From NCBI GenBank assembly GCA_964430965.1, contig CAYSHU010000001.1, positions 1 to 40,150 on the forward strand: a DNA stretch of 40,150 nucleotides. The letters are read 5' to 3'. A program made the position numbers and the translations under genes. The stretch is from an uncultured Ruminococcus sp. (GTDB lineage Bacteria > Bacillota > Clostridia > Oscillospirales > Ruminococcaceae). This document shows positions 25,846-34,897 of this stretch, in pieces (within the stretch, counting starts at the first letter, position 1; every line of letters starts with the position of its first letter). Below the pieces are notes generated by a model. It had not been told where the DNA came from. It searched no databases and was given only the letters and a program-made list of their open reading frames with translations.

Positions 25846-26489
25846 TAAGCCGCTCCCTTAAAGTAGCTTTCCAAAACAAGCTGCTTTGTTTCATAGCTTT
25901 CGAGCGGAAGTCTTCCGCGGCCTCCGAAAAGCTGCTCGGTGTCGTTGAACGCGGACAGGAACGAGCGCTCGAGAAGCGGCGTTTTCTCTCCCTCAACACT
26001 CACCGCGTCGAAGAACATCAGCAGCCGCGCCGCCGTTTCGTCGGGCTGCCAGAACTCGGGGCTGTTTTCCTCGGCGGGGGAATTTCCGTACAGCGCGCGG
26101 AGCTGGTTCAAAAGCTCCTCGGCGTACATTTTCGCGCCCACGGAGGGCACGCTCCCCGAAAGAATTTCGCCCTGCTTTACAAGCATCGCGCGGATTATGT
26201 GGGAAACGCCGCGAGTTACAAGCTCGCCCGTCGGCTTTTTCTCGCCGTTTGCGTCCACCTTATCGGCTTCGGTTTTTACGTTTTCGCGCTGCGTGAGATT
26301 GTTGTCCGAGGACTGCTTCTGCCCGGATTTTTTCGTATAGGCGGGCGTAAACATCGCCTCGCTTTTGACGAATTTATCCGTATGCTCCGAAGCCATTGTC
26401 GAGGTTTTGGTTTCGGTGCGCTGCTCGGAGGAGCGGGTTAATGTGGTTTGGTTGACCGTTCCAAGGTCGGCTATTCTTGATATATCCAT
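25845..26489 (-). CDS. Hypothetical protein, possibly DUF5610-like
   Basis: 214 aa, strong RBS, TAATG coupling to tatD; C-terminal FWQPDETAARLLMF...FGG..RLPLESYET pattern. Confidence 0.65.
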   Translation of the reverse strand: MDISRIADLGTVNQTTLTRSSEQRTETKTSTMASEHTDKFVKSEAMFTPAYTKKSGQKQSSDNNLTQRENVKTEADKVDANGEKKPTGELVTRGVSHIIRAMLVKQGEILSGSVPSVGAKMYAEELLNQLRALYGNSPAEENSPEFWQPDETAARLLMFFDAVSVEGEKTPLLERSFLSAFNDTEQLFGGRGRLPLESYETKQLVLESYFKGAA

Positions 26490-26543
26490 AAGTATTCCCC
26501 CTTCCTAGAGGTGTGATCGGCGTCAATGCCTAAAATTATTTTT

Positions 26544-26576
26544 TCATTTCTCCCCGCCTCCGGCGGGGAGAAATGA
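26544..26576. repeat. REP-like palindrome, copy D
   Basis: TCATTTCTCCCCGCC-TCC-GGCGGGGAGAAATGA. Confidence 0.82.
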
Positions 26577-26577
26577 G

Positions 26578-26982
26578 TTATGAATGGTCGCCGTCGCAGA
26601 TTTTATCGTCGTGGTCGTGCTGCTGCATTCCGAGAATATCTCTGCCGCGGATTCCGTATTTATCGCGCTGGTCGTCTACGTACTTTTCGAGAATTGCCAT
26701 AAACTCACGCGGCTTTTTAATCGACTTTACGGTTTTTATCGGCGTGTCTACGTCCTTGCAGTTGAGGATAACCGTGCCCGTACCGTCAAGGCGCTGCCCG
26801 AACGTGATCTTCAAGCTCTTGTCGACAATGCGGTAAAGCTCCACCTCGTCCTCGGTTATCGTGAAAAACCCCTTGCGGGTGATGAATTTCTTCTCCGTGA
26901 GTATATAACGAGTGAACGACCAGGGAAGCCCCAAAAAGGTGCGCTTCTTGTCCGTCCAGACCTGACCGGGTATCGGTTTCAT
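26578..26982 (-). CDS. Bacterial PH domain-containing protein
   Basis: WTDKKR..GLPWSFTRY.LT, E.ELYRI.D, QRL.GTGTV; AAGGAGG RBS. Confidence 0.8.
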   Translation of the reverse strand: MKPIPGQVWTDKKRTFLGLPWSFTRYILTEKKFITRKGFFTITEDEVELYRIVDKSLKITFGQRLDGTGTVILNCKDVDTPIKTVKSIKKPREFMAILEKYVDDQRDKYGIRGRDILGMQQHDHDDKICDGDHS

Positions 26983-27059
26983 AACGTCCTCCTTATTCCT
27001 GAAATACAGCTGTGCGCCGTCCTTTTCGTATGTCTCGTTTATAGTTTAAGATCGTCTCA

Positions 27060-27708
27060 TTAAAATTCGGATTTTTGCCTTTTCAGCTCGAGGAAGTATG
27101 CCGTGATCTCGGTGGTGTTGTTTTTCGCCGAATAATCTATAAGAGCGTCAACAAGCTCCGCGTCAATTTCGCGGAAGCAGTCGTTTTCCATTGCAAGAGC
27201 AACGACATCGGAGCGGGAAAACCAAGGCTCATAGTTCGTCCGCTCGTTCGCGATCTTGAGATCATCGCGGAGCAGCACGAGGTCAATGGGGTTGGTGATA
27301 TCCCGCGAGCGAACCGCGCCCATCAAAGTTATCTCGGCGGAGGGCAGGCAGCCGAACCCGAATACATATGCGCCGAATTTCGGGTAGGACTTGAACTCCA
27401 CCTCGCAAAGAGCCTCGCACTCAAGAAGCGCATAGCTTCCGATAGACTCAAGACTTGCCGGGAGGCTTATCGAGCGCAGCGCCTCACAGCAAAAAAAACG
27501 CTTCCGCGCCTATGCTCCGAACATTTTCGGATATCGTGATTTTTTGCAGCTTTCTCGCATTTGAAAACGCGCCGTTGCCGATCTTCACAACGGGCTTGCC
27601 GTTGTATTCGGGCGTGGTAGTCACTTCGGTGACGGTCTCATCGCCGTTGAATTTTGAGAGAATATAGCCGCCCTCGGTCTCGCGAAATGTAAATAATTCT
27701 TCGTTCAT
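27060..27708 (-). pseudogene. BspA/LRR_5-type leucine-rich-repeat protein split by a frameshift in a T8 run
   Basis: ORFs 27484-27708 and 27060-27401 join in frame if A8 at 27491-27498 is A7, restoring IGAEAFFCCEALRSISLPASLESIGSYAL. Confidence 0.8.
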
Positions 27709-27862
27709 AGTTCCAGATAATTTCCTTTAGATCCGAATTTTTGCTTTTTGAGATCTCCCGCGAAAACCTGCGGTTGGCGGTTTGCGCCGCATAACGCTCT
27801 CCGAGAAGGCTCACAGCCCGACCGCGACCGCGGTCATGAGATTATGCTCAACGGCTTTTTCA

Positions 27863-29812
27863 TTATCTTATAGTTGAACCGTTCGGAACGTCCTTATCCA
27901 AAAACAGCACTCTTACATCGTCCTCCCCCGCGTCGCACGCGAGTATCATTCCCTCGGAGATCTCTCCGCAGAGCTTCGCGGGCTGGAGATTTGCCACGAA
28001 CACTATCTTTTTGCCGACCAAATCCTCGGGCTTATACCAGCTCGCTATTCCCGAAACTATCTGTCTGCCGTTTCGTCCGTCGTCCACGGTGAGCTTCAAG
28101 AGCTTCTTCGACTTCGCTACCTTTTCGCAAGCCGTTATCTCGCCGCTGCGGAGCTTCACCTCGGCGAATTTGTCGATCGTGATGATGTTCGCCTTGTCTA
28201 AATCCTCGTCCTCGCGAATTGTTTTCGCGGGCGTGAGCAGTGCGTTCAGCTCGTCTATCTCCTTGTCAACGTCAATTCTAGGGAACAGCACCTCGCCCTT
28301 GTGGACTGTAACGTCTGCGGGCAGCCTGCCGAACTCCCCGAGCGTGTCAAACGCCGCGAGGCTCTCTGTTGAGCCTATCTGCTCCCATATTTTCGGCATT
28401 GTTTTCGGCATAAACGGTGCGAGCAGACCTGCGCAGATTCTTATCGTTTCGAGCAGATTATACAGCACGCTCGCGAGCCTTGCCTTTTTCGCATTGTCAT
28501 TTTCGATATCCTTGCCGAGAATCCACGGCGCGGTCTCGTCGATATATTTGTTAGCGCGCGTTACGACCTTGAAAATCTCCTCGAGCGCCTTGGAAAGCTG
28601 CGCCTCGTCGATAAGGGGAGCTACGGTATCACGAAGTGCCTTCGCCATTCCGATAAGCTCCTCGTCGATAGGCTCCGCCTCGCGCTCCGTCGGGAGCGTC
28701 GCCCCGAAATATTTGTCCGCCATTGCGACGGTTCTTGAAACAAGATTTCCCAAGTCGTTCGCCAAATCCGAATTTATGCGGTTTATCATAATCTCGTTCG
28801 AGAAATTGCTGTCGCTGCCATAGGGCATATCGCGGAGTATCTGATACCGCACCGCGTCGGAGCCGTAGCGCTCCACAAGCACAAACGGGTCGATAACGTT
28901 CCCGACGGACTTTGCCATTTTCTGCCCGTTGAAGTTTATCCAGCCGTGTCCGTAAAGCCGTTTCGGCAGCGGAATATCCAGCATCATCAGCATAATGATC
29001 CACACTATCGAGTGGAACCGCACGATCTCCTTTGCGGTCATATGCATATCCGCGGGCCAGTATTTGTCGAAGTCGTTAAACGCGCCGTTTTCGTAGCCGA
29101 GGGCGCTTATATAGTTCGAAAGCGCGTCCACCCAGACGTAAACCACGTGCTTCGGGTCGAAGTCCACGGGGATTCCCCACGTAAAGGACGTTCTCGAAAC
29201 GCAGAGATCCTCCAGCCCGGGCTTGATGAAATTGTTCACCATTTCGTTCACGCGGCTTTTCGGCGTGAGGTAATCGGTTTCTGTCAGAAATTTCTCGATC
29301 TTATCCGCATACGCCGACACTCTCAAGAAGTAAGCCTCCTCGTGAGCGTCCGTCACGGGGCGGTGGCAGTCGGGGCAGCAGCCGTTTTCGTCAAGCTGGC
29401 TTTCCGTCCAGAAGCTCTCGCACGGCGTGCAGTATTTGCCCGTGTACTCGCCCTTGTAGATATGCCCCTTGTCATAGAGCTTCTTGAAGATGTTCTGCAC
29501 GCTCTTTACGTGATAATCGTCGGTGGTTCTGATATAGCGGTTGTAGCTGATGTCGACGGTTTCCCACAGTCGCTTGAAGTTCGCGACGATGGGGTCGACG
29601 TACTCCTTGGGCGTCACGCCCTGCTCCTTCGCCTTCTGCTCGATTTTCATTCCGTGCTCGTCCGTGCCCGTAAGGAACATCACGTCAAACCCCTCGAGCC
29701 GCTTGAACCTCGCGATAGTATCGCAGGCGACGGTGGTATAGCAATGCCCGATATGCGGGTTTCCCGACGGATAATAAATCGGCGTTGTGATATAATAAGT
29801 TTTCTTGTCCAT
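27863..29812 (-). CDS. metG: Methionine-tRNA ligase with C-terminal OB/EMAP domain
   Basis: YITTPIYY, HIGH, GTDEHG, KMAKS, zinc knuckle, C-terminal tRNA-binding domain. Confidence 0.97.
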   Translation of the reverse strand: MDKKTYYITTPIYYPSGNPHIGHCYTTVACDTIARFKRLEGFDVMFLTGTDEHGMKIEQKAKEQGVTPKEYVDPIVANFKRLWETVDISYNRYIRTTDDYHVKSVQNIFKKLYDKGHIYKGEYTGKYCTPCESFWTESQLDENGCCPDCHRPVTDAHEEAYFLRVSAYADKIEKFLTETDYLTPKSRVNEMVNNFIKPGLEDLCVSRTSFTWGIPVDFDPKHVVYVWVDALSNYISALGYENGAFNDFDKYWPADMHMTAKEIVRFHSIVWIIMLMMLDIPLPKRLYGHGWINFNGQKMAKSVGNVIDPFVLVERYGSDAVRYQILRDMPYGSDSNFSNEIMINRINSDLANDLGNLVSRTVAMADKYFGATLPTEREAEPIDEELIGMAKALRDTVAPLIDEAQLSKALEEIFKVVTRANKYIDETAPWILGKDIENDNAKKARLASVLYNLLETIRICAGLLAPFMPKTMPKIWEQIGSTESLAAFDTLGEFGRLPADVTVHKGEVLFPRIDVDKEIDELNALLTPAKTIREDEDLDKANIITIDKFAEVKLRSGEITACEKVAKSKKLLKLTVDDGRNGRQIVSGIASWYKPEDLVGKKIVFVANLQPAKLCGEISEGMILACDAGEDDVRVLFLDKDVPNGSTIR

Positions 29813-29882
29813 TTAAAAATCATTCCCTTTTGTAAGTTGTTGTGGATTTGCGGGCGTAATTCCCCATACTATATATAATATT

Positions 29883-29911
29883 ATTATAGCTTATTCAAGG
29901 AAAAATTTCAA
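29883..29911 (-). promoter_or_regulatory. Putative sigma-A promoter of metG
   Basis: Minus strand TTGAAA-N17-TATAAT. Confidence 0.55.
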
Positions 29912-29959
29912 GTCCCCCGAAAAAATTCAAGAAAATTTTACATTTTACATAAAAAGGGG

Positions 29960-29988
29960 TTGATTTTTTTGTTGTTTTTTAGTACAAT
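29960..29988 (+). promoter_or_regulatory. Putative sigma-A promoter of the CdaR-ftsEX region
   Basis: TTGATT-N17-TACAAT. Confidence 0.5.
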
Positions 29989-30109
29989 AGAGATAGGCAC
30001 AAAATTTTGAGGGTTTTGTTGTATATTTTGACGTGGGCCGAAAGCTCTCGAAAACCCAGACTCCAACGGTGCTTATACCAAATACGAGAAAGAGAAAGAG
30101 GTAAAAGAG

Positions 30110-31195
30110 ATGTCAAACAGACTATTCCAGGGGATCGTTCATCAGATGAAGGACACGGTAAACCGAGTTATCGGCGTTATCGATGAAAACGGCACGATCG
30201 TTGCGTGCAGTGACCTTACGAGAGTCGGCGGGGGGAACGACTTCTTTGCGACCGAGCTTGGCGATTCGCACGAAACGTTCATTCGCGACGGGTACACCTA
30301 CAAGCCGTTTGGAGTTCACATAAAGCCCGACTATGCCGTTTTTGTCGAGGGAGTTGACGAGGCGGCGGCGAAATACGCGGGGATCATCGCCATTTCCCTG
30401 TCGGGAATAAAGCAATATTACGACGAGAAATACGACCGCAACAACTTTGTCAAGAACATAATTCTCGATAACGTGCTGCCCGGGGACATAAGCCTCAAGG
30501 CCCGCGAGCTGCACTTCAACGGCGACATCAGCCGCGTTGTGTTCCTTATCAGCGTAATTTCCTCCAACGATGTGTCGGCGTATGACGTAATTCAGAATCT
30601 CTTCCCCGACAAGAACAAGGATTTCGTGTTCAACATCACCGAAACGGATATCGTTCTTGTTAAGGAGGTTAAAAACAACATAGACGTTAAGGATTTGGAA
30701 AAGCTCGCGAGGAGCATTTCGGACACGCTTTCGGGCGAATTCTTCACAAAGGTGAACGTCGGAATAGGTACGCCCGTTCTCGGAGTAAAGGAGCTTGCGC
30801 GCTCGTTTAAGGAGGCGCAGACGGCGCTGGAGGTCGGCAAGGTTTTCGATACGGACAAGACTATTGTTTCGTATGACAACCTCGGCATCGCGCGGCTTAT
30901 TTATCATCTCCCGACGACGCTTTGCGATACATTCCTCAAGGAGGTTTTCAAGAAGAATTCTATCGAAAGCCTCGACCACGAAACGCTGTTTACAATCCAG
31001 AAATTCTTCGAGAACAGCCTCAACGTTTCCGAAACGTCGAGAAAGCTGTTTGTTCACAGAAACACGCTGGTTTACCGTCTCGACAAAATCAAAAAGCTGA
31101 CGGGTCTGGATTTAAGAGAGTTTGACCACGCGATAATCTTCAAGATCGCGCTTATGGTAAAGAAATACCTCGCGGCGAATCCCACTAAATTTTAA
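30110..31195 (+). CDS. CdaR/PucR family transcriptional regulator
   Basis: C-terminal HTH LNVSETSRKLFVHRNTLVYRLDKIKKLTGLDL; central GGDEF-like VGIG...SFKEA. Confidence 0.9.
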   Translation: MSNRLFQGIVHQMKDTVNRVIGVIDENGTIVACSDLTRVGGGNDFFATELGDSHETFIRDGYTYKPFGVHIKPDYAVFVEGVDEAAAKYAGIIAISLSGIKQYYDEKYDRNNFVKNIILDNVLPGDISLKARELHFNGDISRVVFLISVISSNDVSAYDVIQNLFPDKNKDFVFNITETDIVLVKEVKNNIDVKDLEKLARSISDTLSGEFFTKVNVGIGTPVLGVKELARSFKEAQTALEVGKVFDTDKTIVSYDNLGIARLIYHLPTTLCDTFLKEVFKKNSIESLDHETLFTIQKFFENSLNVSETSRKLFVHRNTLVYRLDKIKKLTGLDLREFDHAIIFKIALMVKKYLAANPTKF

Positions 31196-31248
31196 AAAAT
31201 AATCTTCCGTCAGACAACGGAAACAGGGGCAAGAGAGAATTGCCCTTT

Positions 31249-31294
31249 CAGAGGTTAGAGATTAGAAGTAAGAGGCAAGAGATGCTTGCCTCTT
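31249..31294. repeat. Heptamer repeat array ending in a hairpin
   Basis: CAGAGGT TAGAGAT TAGAAGT AAGAGGC AAGAGAT GCTTGCCTCTT. Confidence 0.7.
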
Positions 31295-31372
31295 GACTAT
31301 TGAAAAACCGCGCTCCAACGCGGCACTAAAATTATACATCATACATTATCAATTGTTCACAACGGGGGAATT

Positions 31373-32065
31373 ATGGTCAATCTAAAGAATGTAACCGTCC
31401 ACTATTCGAGCGGCATTGACGCTCTGGTGGATGTCAATCTCCACATAAGCGAAGGGGAATTCGTGTTTATTGTCGGGGAAAGCGGCGCGGGGAAATCCAC
31501 GCTGATGAAGCTGATGCTGCGCGAGCTTAGCCCAAGCACCGGGAGAGTTTTCGTCAACAACCGCAATATCGGCGCGCTCAAGGGCAACAAGGTCGCGATG
31601 TTCCGCAGGACTATCGGGGTGGTTTTCCAGGATTTTCGGCTGATAGAGGACTATACGGTTTACGAAAATGTGGCGTTCGCGCTGCGCGTCGCGGACAGCT
31701 CCGGCAAGACAATCAGACAGCGTGTGCCGTATGTGCTGAATCTGGTGGAGCTCGGCTCCAAGGCTCGGAGCAAGGTGAGGGAGCTCTCGGGCGGCGAGAA
31801 GCAGCGTGTGGCGATCGCGAGGGCGCTTGCCAACGACCCGGGGCTTCTAATCGTCGATGAGCCGACGGGAAACCTCGACCCGAAGCGCTCTTATGAGATA
31901 GTCGGGCTGTTAAAGGAAATCAACCGCTGCGGCACTACCGTTGTTATGATAACGCACGAGCATAATCTCGTTCAGTATTTCGGTGGGCGGATAATCAACA
32001 TCGAAAAGGGCGTTATAACCTTTGACGAAACTATCGGGGGGAGTGAGGATTATTATGAGGAGTAA
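31373..32065 (+). CDS. ftsE: Cell division ATP-binding protein FtsE
   Basis: GESGAGKST, VVFQDFRL, LSGGEKQRVAIARA, DEPTGNLDP; followed by ftsX. Confidence 0.92.
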   Translation: MVNLKNVTVHYSSGIDALVDVNLHISEGEFVFIVGESGAGKSTLMKLMLRELSPSTGRVFVNNRNIGALKGNKVAMFRRTIGVVFQDFRLIEDYTVYENVAFALRVADSSGKTIRQRVPYVLNLVELGSKARSKVRELSGGEKQRVAIARALANDPGLLIVDEPTGNLDPKRSYEIVGLLKEINRCGTTVVMITHEHNLVQYFGGRIINIEKGVITFDETIGGSEDYYEE

Positions 32066-32981
32066 TAATTTTTCCTACCTTGTTAAAACGGGCATCGCGG
32101 GCGTTTGGAAGAACTTTGTAATGTCTTTTGCGAGTTTTTCGATATTGCTTGTAAGTCTGCTTCAGGTAAGCGTCACGGTGCTGTTTATTCTCAACGCGAA
32201 CATCATAATGGGGAACATTGAGGACACAAACCAGATAGCGGTTTTTGTTGAGGATTTAGATAACGAGCCCGAGGAGGAGCACCGGAAAAAGGTCGACCAT
32301 ATCCGTGATGTGCTGATGTCTAACGACAACCTCACGGAAGTGACCTATATGTCAAAGGAAGAGGCGGCGGAGAAATTCACGCAGGCAATGAGCGACGAAT
32401 ACGCCGAGCTTATCAACATAGTCCCCGGCGGAAACCCGATGCCCGAGACGTTTATGGCAAGAGTTACGGATTTGAAAACCATTCGCTATACGGTGTCGAT
32501 GATAAAAAGCATTGACGGCGTAGAGCAGGTGAACGCGCCGTATGACTTCGCGAACGCGCTTGTCAACATCAGAAACGCGGCTTCGTTTATCGTAATAGCG
32601 ATGCTTGTGGTTCTGATAGTAGTCAGCGTTGTTGTCGTTTCAAACACGATCAGAGCGAGCGTTTTCGCGCGGCGGCACGAGATTACGATTATGAAATACG
32701 TCGGTGCTACAAACGGCTTTATAAAGCTGCCGTTCTTTGTTGAGGGCTGCTTTGTCGGGATGTTGGCGGGTGCTTGCTCCTGGGGGCTTTCGTGGTTTAT
32801 TTATGACAGCGTGTTTTCCCTGTTCACCGACAATCTGACGCTGTGGCAGATGTTCGGGTTCTTTAATCTTATCCCGTTTGACAACGTAAAGTGGCTGCTT
32901 CTGGCGGCAAACTGTGCCGCGGGAGCTATCCTCGGCGCGCTCGGCACAATGATAAGTATGAACAAATACCTTAAAGTTTAA
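32055..32981 (+). CDS. ftsX: Cell division permease FtsX
   Basis: Four-TM layout with extracellular domain; NTIR....RR.EI.IMKYVGAT..FIKLPF.VEG. Confidence 0.92.
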   Translation: MRSNNFSYLVKTGIAGVWKNFVMSFASFSILLVSLLQVSVTVLFILNANIIMGNIEDTNQIAVFVEDLDNEPEEEHRKKVDHIRDVLMSNDNLTEVTYMSKEEAAEKFTQAMSDEYAELINIVPGGNPMPETFMARVTDLKTIRYTVSMIKSIDGVEQVNAPYDFANALVNIRNAASFIVIAMLVVLIVVSVVVVSNTIRASVFARRHEITIMKYVGATNGFIKLPFFVEGCFVGMLAGACSWGLSWFIYDSVFSLFTDNLTLWQMFGFFNLIPFDNVKWLLLAANCAAGAILGALGTMISMNKYLKV

Positions 32982-33012
32982 GAGTAAAAGCAGAGCTAAG
33001 AGCCTCGATCAA

Positions 33013-33048
33013 CACTCTAACCTCTTACCTCTTAATTTCAAACTTCTA
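33013..33048. repeat. Heptamer repeat array (reverse orientation)
   Basis: CACTCTA ACCTCTT ACCTCTT AATTTCA AACTTCTA. Confidence 0.65.
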
Positions 33049-33062
33049 AAAGGGGTGATAAT

Positions 33063-34292
33063 TTGAACAAAAGAATATCCTTGGGGCTTGCGATAAGCCT
33101 TGTGGCTATCGGGTGCGCTATTACGTTTATTCTGACGTGGACGGTGTCCCTTAATAACTACAACGCTAAAATCGCGAACACCGAAAAATTTGAGGGCGTT
33201 TATCGGAAGCTCCGCGAGCTTGACGCGTCCGCGCAGACAAACTATATCGGGACTATCGACCCCGACAACATTGAATACGCGATATTAAACGGATATGTAA
33301 GCGGCATAGGTGATGAATACGCGATGTATCTCACGCCCGACCGCTATTACGACTATCAGCAGGCCAACAACGGCGTGATCAACGGCGCGGGCTTTGAGGC
33401 GGTGGAGGACGGCAGCGGCTATCTCCAGGTTTCAAAGGTCTACAAAAACAGTGCCGCGGATTTGAACGGCATTAAGGTCGGGGATATGATAATCGAGATA
33501 AACGGGCGAACTATCCTCTCAATGACTGCCGATGCGGCGCTTAAACAAATCACGGGCGAGGTTGGCACGACTATCTCGCTTAAAACGGTAAGCAACGGCG
33601 AGGAGCGCGTTGTGACGCTCACACGGCAGCAGATAGACATCGAAAGCGTGACGTATAAAATGCTTGAGGGCAACATAGGCTATGTTGAGATTTTGTACTT
33701 CAACGCGAAAACGCCCGAGCAGTTTTCAAACGCGCTGAATTCGCTGCGCGGCGCGGGTGCGACGTCGCTTATCTTCGACGTTCGTCACAACGACGGCGGA
33801 CTTATCTCGTCGGTGCGCCCGATGCTCAACCGCCTTATACCCGCGGCGGCAGTCGCGACGGCGGAATACGCGAACGATGTTCGCAGGACGCTTATTGAAA
33901 CGGACAGCGAGGAGAGCCTCGATATTCCCGTGACTGTGCTTGTCGACGGCAAAACCGCCTCGGCTTCCGAGGTGTTTGCGGTGGGACTTCGCGATGAAAT
34001 GGGCGCGATACTGATCGGCACGCAGACCGCGGGCAAGGGCGTTGTGCTAAGCGCGTATGAGTTCTCGGACAAAAGTGCGTTGATTTTGACAACGGCGAAC
34101 ATAATCCCGTCGAAATCCGAGCGTTTTGATAAGGTCGGTCTAAAGCCCGACTACATCACCGAGCTGCCTGCCGACGCGGAGTTCAACACCCTTACGGAAG
34201 CGGAGGACACGCAGCTTCAAAAGGCGATTGAGGTTCTTACGGCAATGACAGCCGTGCCGACAGTTCCCAACAGCGAGTCGGCGGCGGAATAA
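33063..34292 (+). CDS. ctpA: S41A carboxyl-terminal processing protease with PDZ domain
   Basis: N-terminal TM, PDZ, DVRHNDGG, TASASE (catalytic Ser), TAGKG (Lys); TTG start. Confidence 0.85.
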   Translation: MNKRISLGLAISLVAIGCAITFILTWTVSLNNYNAKIANTEKFEGVYRKLRELDASAQTNYIGTIDPDNIEYAILNGYVSGIGDEYAMYLTPDRYYDYQQANNGVINGAGFEAVEDGSGYLQVSKVYKNSAADLNGIKVGDMIIEINGRTILSMTADAALKQITGEVGTTISLKTVSNGEERVVTLTRQQIDIESVTYKMLEGNIGYVEILYFNAKTPEQFSNALNSLRGAGATSLIFDVRHNDGGLISSVRPMLNRLIPAAAVATAEYANDVRRTLIETDSEESLDIPVTVLVDGKTASASEVFAVGLRDEMGAILIGTQTAGKGVVLSAYEFSDKSALILTTANIIPSKSERFDKVGLKPDYITELPADAEFNTLTEAEDTQLQKAIEVLTAMTAVPTVPNSESAAE

Positions 34293-34319
34293 CGATTATA
34301 TTTCAGGAGGAATTCAGAT

Positions 34320-34802
34320 ATGAACAAACCCATTACAGTTTTGACGAGAGCGGGCGAGGAAAAGCTCAAGGCCGAGCTTGACGAGCTTAAATCGGTTAAG
34401 CGCCGCGAGGTCGCGGAGAAAATCAAGGTTGCGCTGAGCTTCGGCGACTTGTCCGAAAACTCGGAATATGACGAGGCGAAAAACGAGCAAGGTATGATAG
34501 AAAGCCGCATCGCGGAAATCGAGCAGGTTTTGGCGCACTCGCAGGTAATCGACGACGAGGACATTTCCACGGAAAAGGTCGGCATCGGCACGACAGTTAA
34601 GCTCCTTGATTTGGAAATGGACGAGGAAATGGAGTTCAGAATTGTCGGCACAAAGGAGGCCGACATCGAAAGCGGCAGAATGTCCGATGAAAGCCCGATA
34701 GGCCGCGCGATTATGAACCACGAGGTCGGTGAGGAGGTCATTGTTGAAGTCCCCGACGGAGAGGTTAAAATGAAAATACTCGAAATTCGCAAAGATGACT
34801 AA
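34320..34802 (+). CDS. greA: Transcription elongation factor GreA
   Basis: GDLSENSEYDEAK, SDESPIGRA. Confidence 0.97.
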   Translation: MNKPITVLTRAGEEKLKAELDELKSVKRREVAEKIKVALSFGDLSENSEYDEAKNEQGMIESRIAEIEQVLAHSQVIDDEDISTEKVGIGTTVKLLDLEMDEEMEFRIVGTKEADIESGRMSDESPIGRAIMNHEVGEEVIVEVPDGEVKMKILEIRKDD

Positions 34803-34850
34803 TGACAGTTGACAGTTTTCCCCGAGAGAAAATATGAAAAAATAAACATA

Positions 34851-34877
34851 ATTTCCCCCGCCAACGGCGGGGGAAAT
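34851..34877. repeat. REP-like palindrome, copy E
   Basis: ATTTCCCCCGCC-AAC-GGCGGGGGAAAT. Confidence 0.75.
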
Positions 34878-34897
34878 GTAAAGAAAGGATATTACTA

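Noticed and set aside
29813-29882. T-box or SAM riboswitch before metG
   Set aside because: The leader is only about 65 nt from the predicted promoter, with no T-box consensus or terminator
34803-34897. T-box or lysine riboswitch before lysS
   Set aside because: The 95-bp gap holds only a REP-like palindrome and no riboswitch consensus
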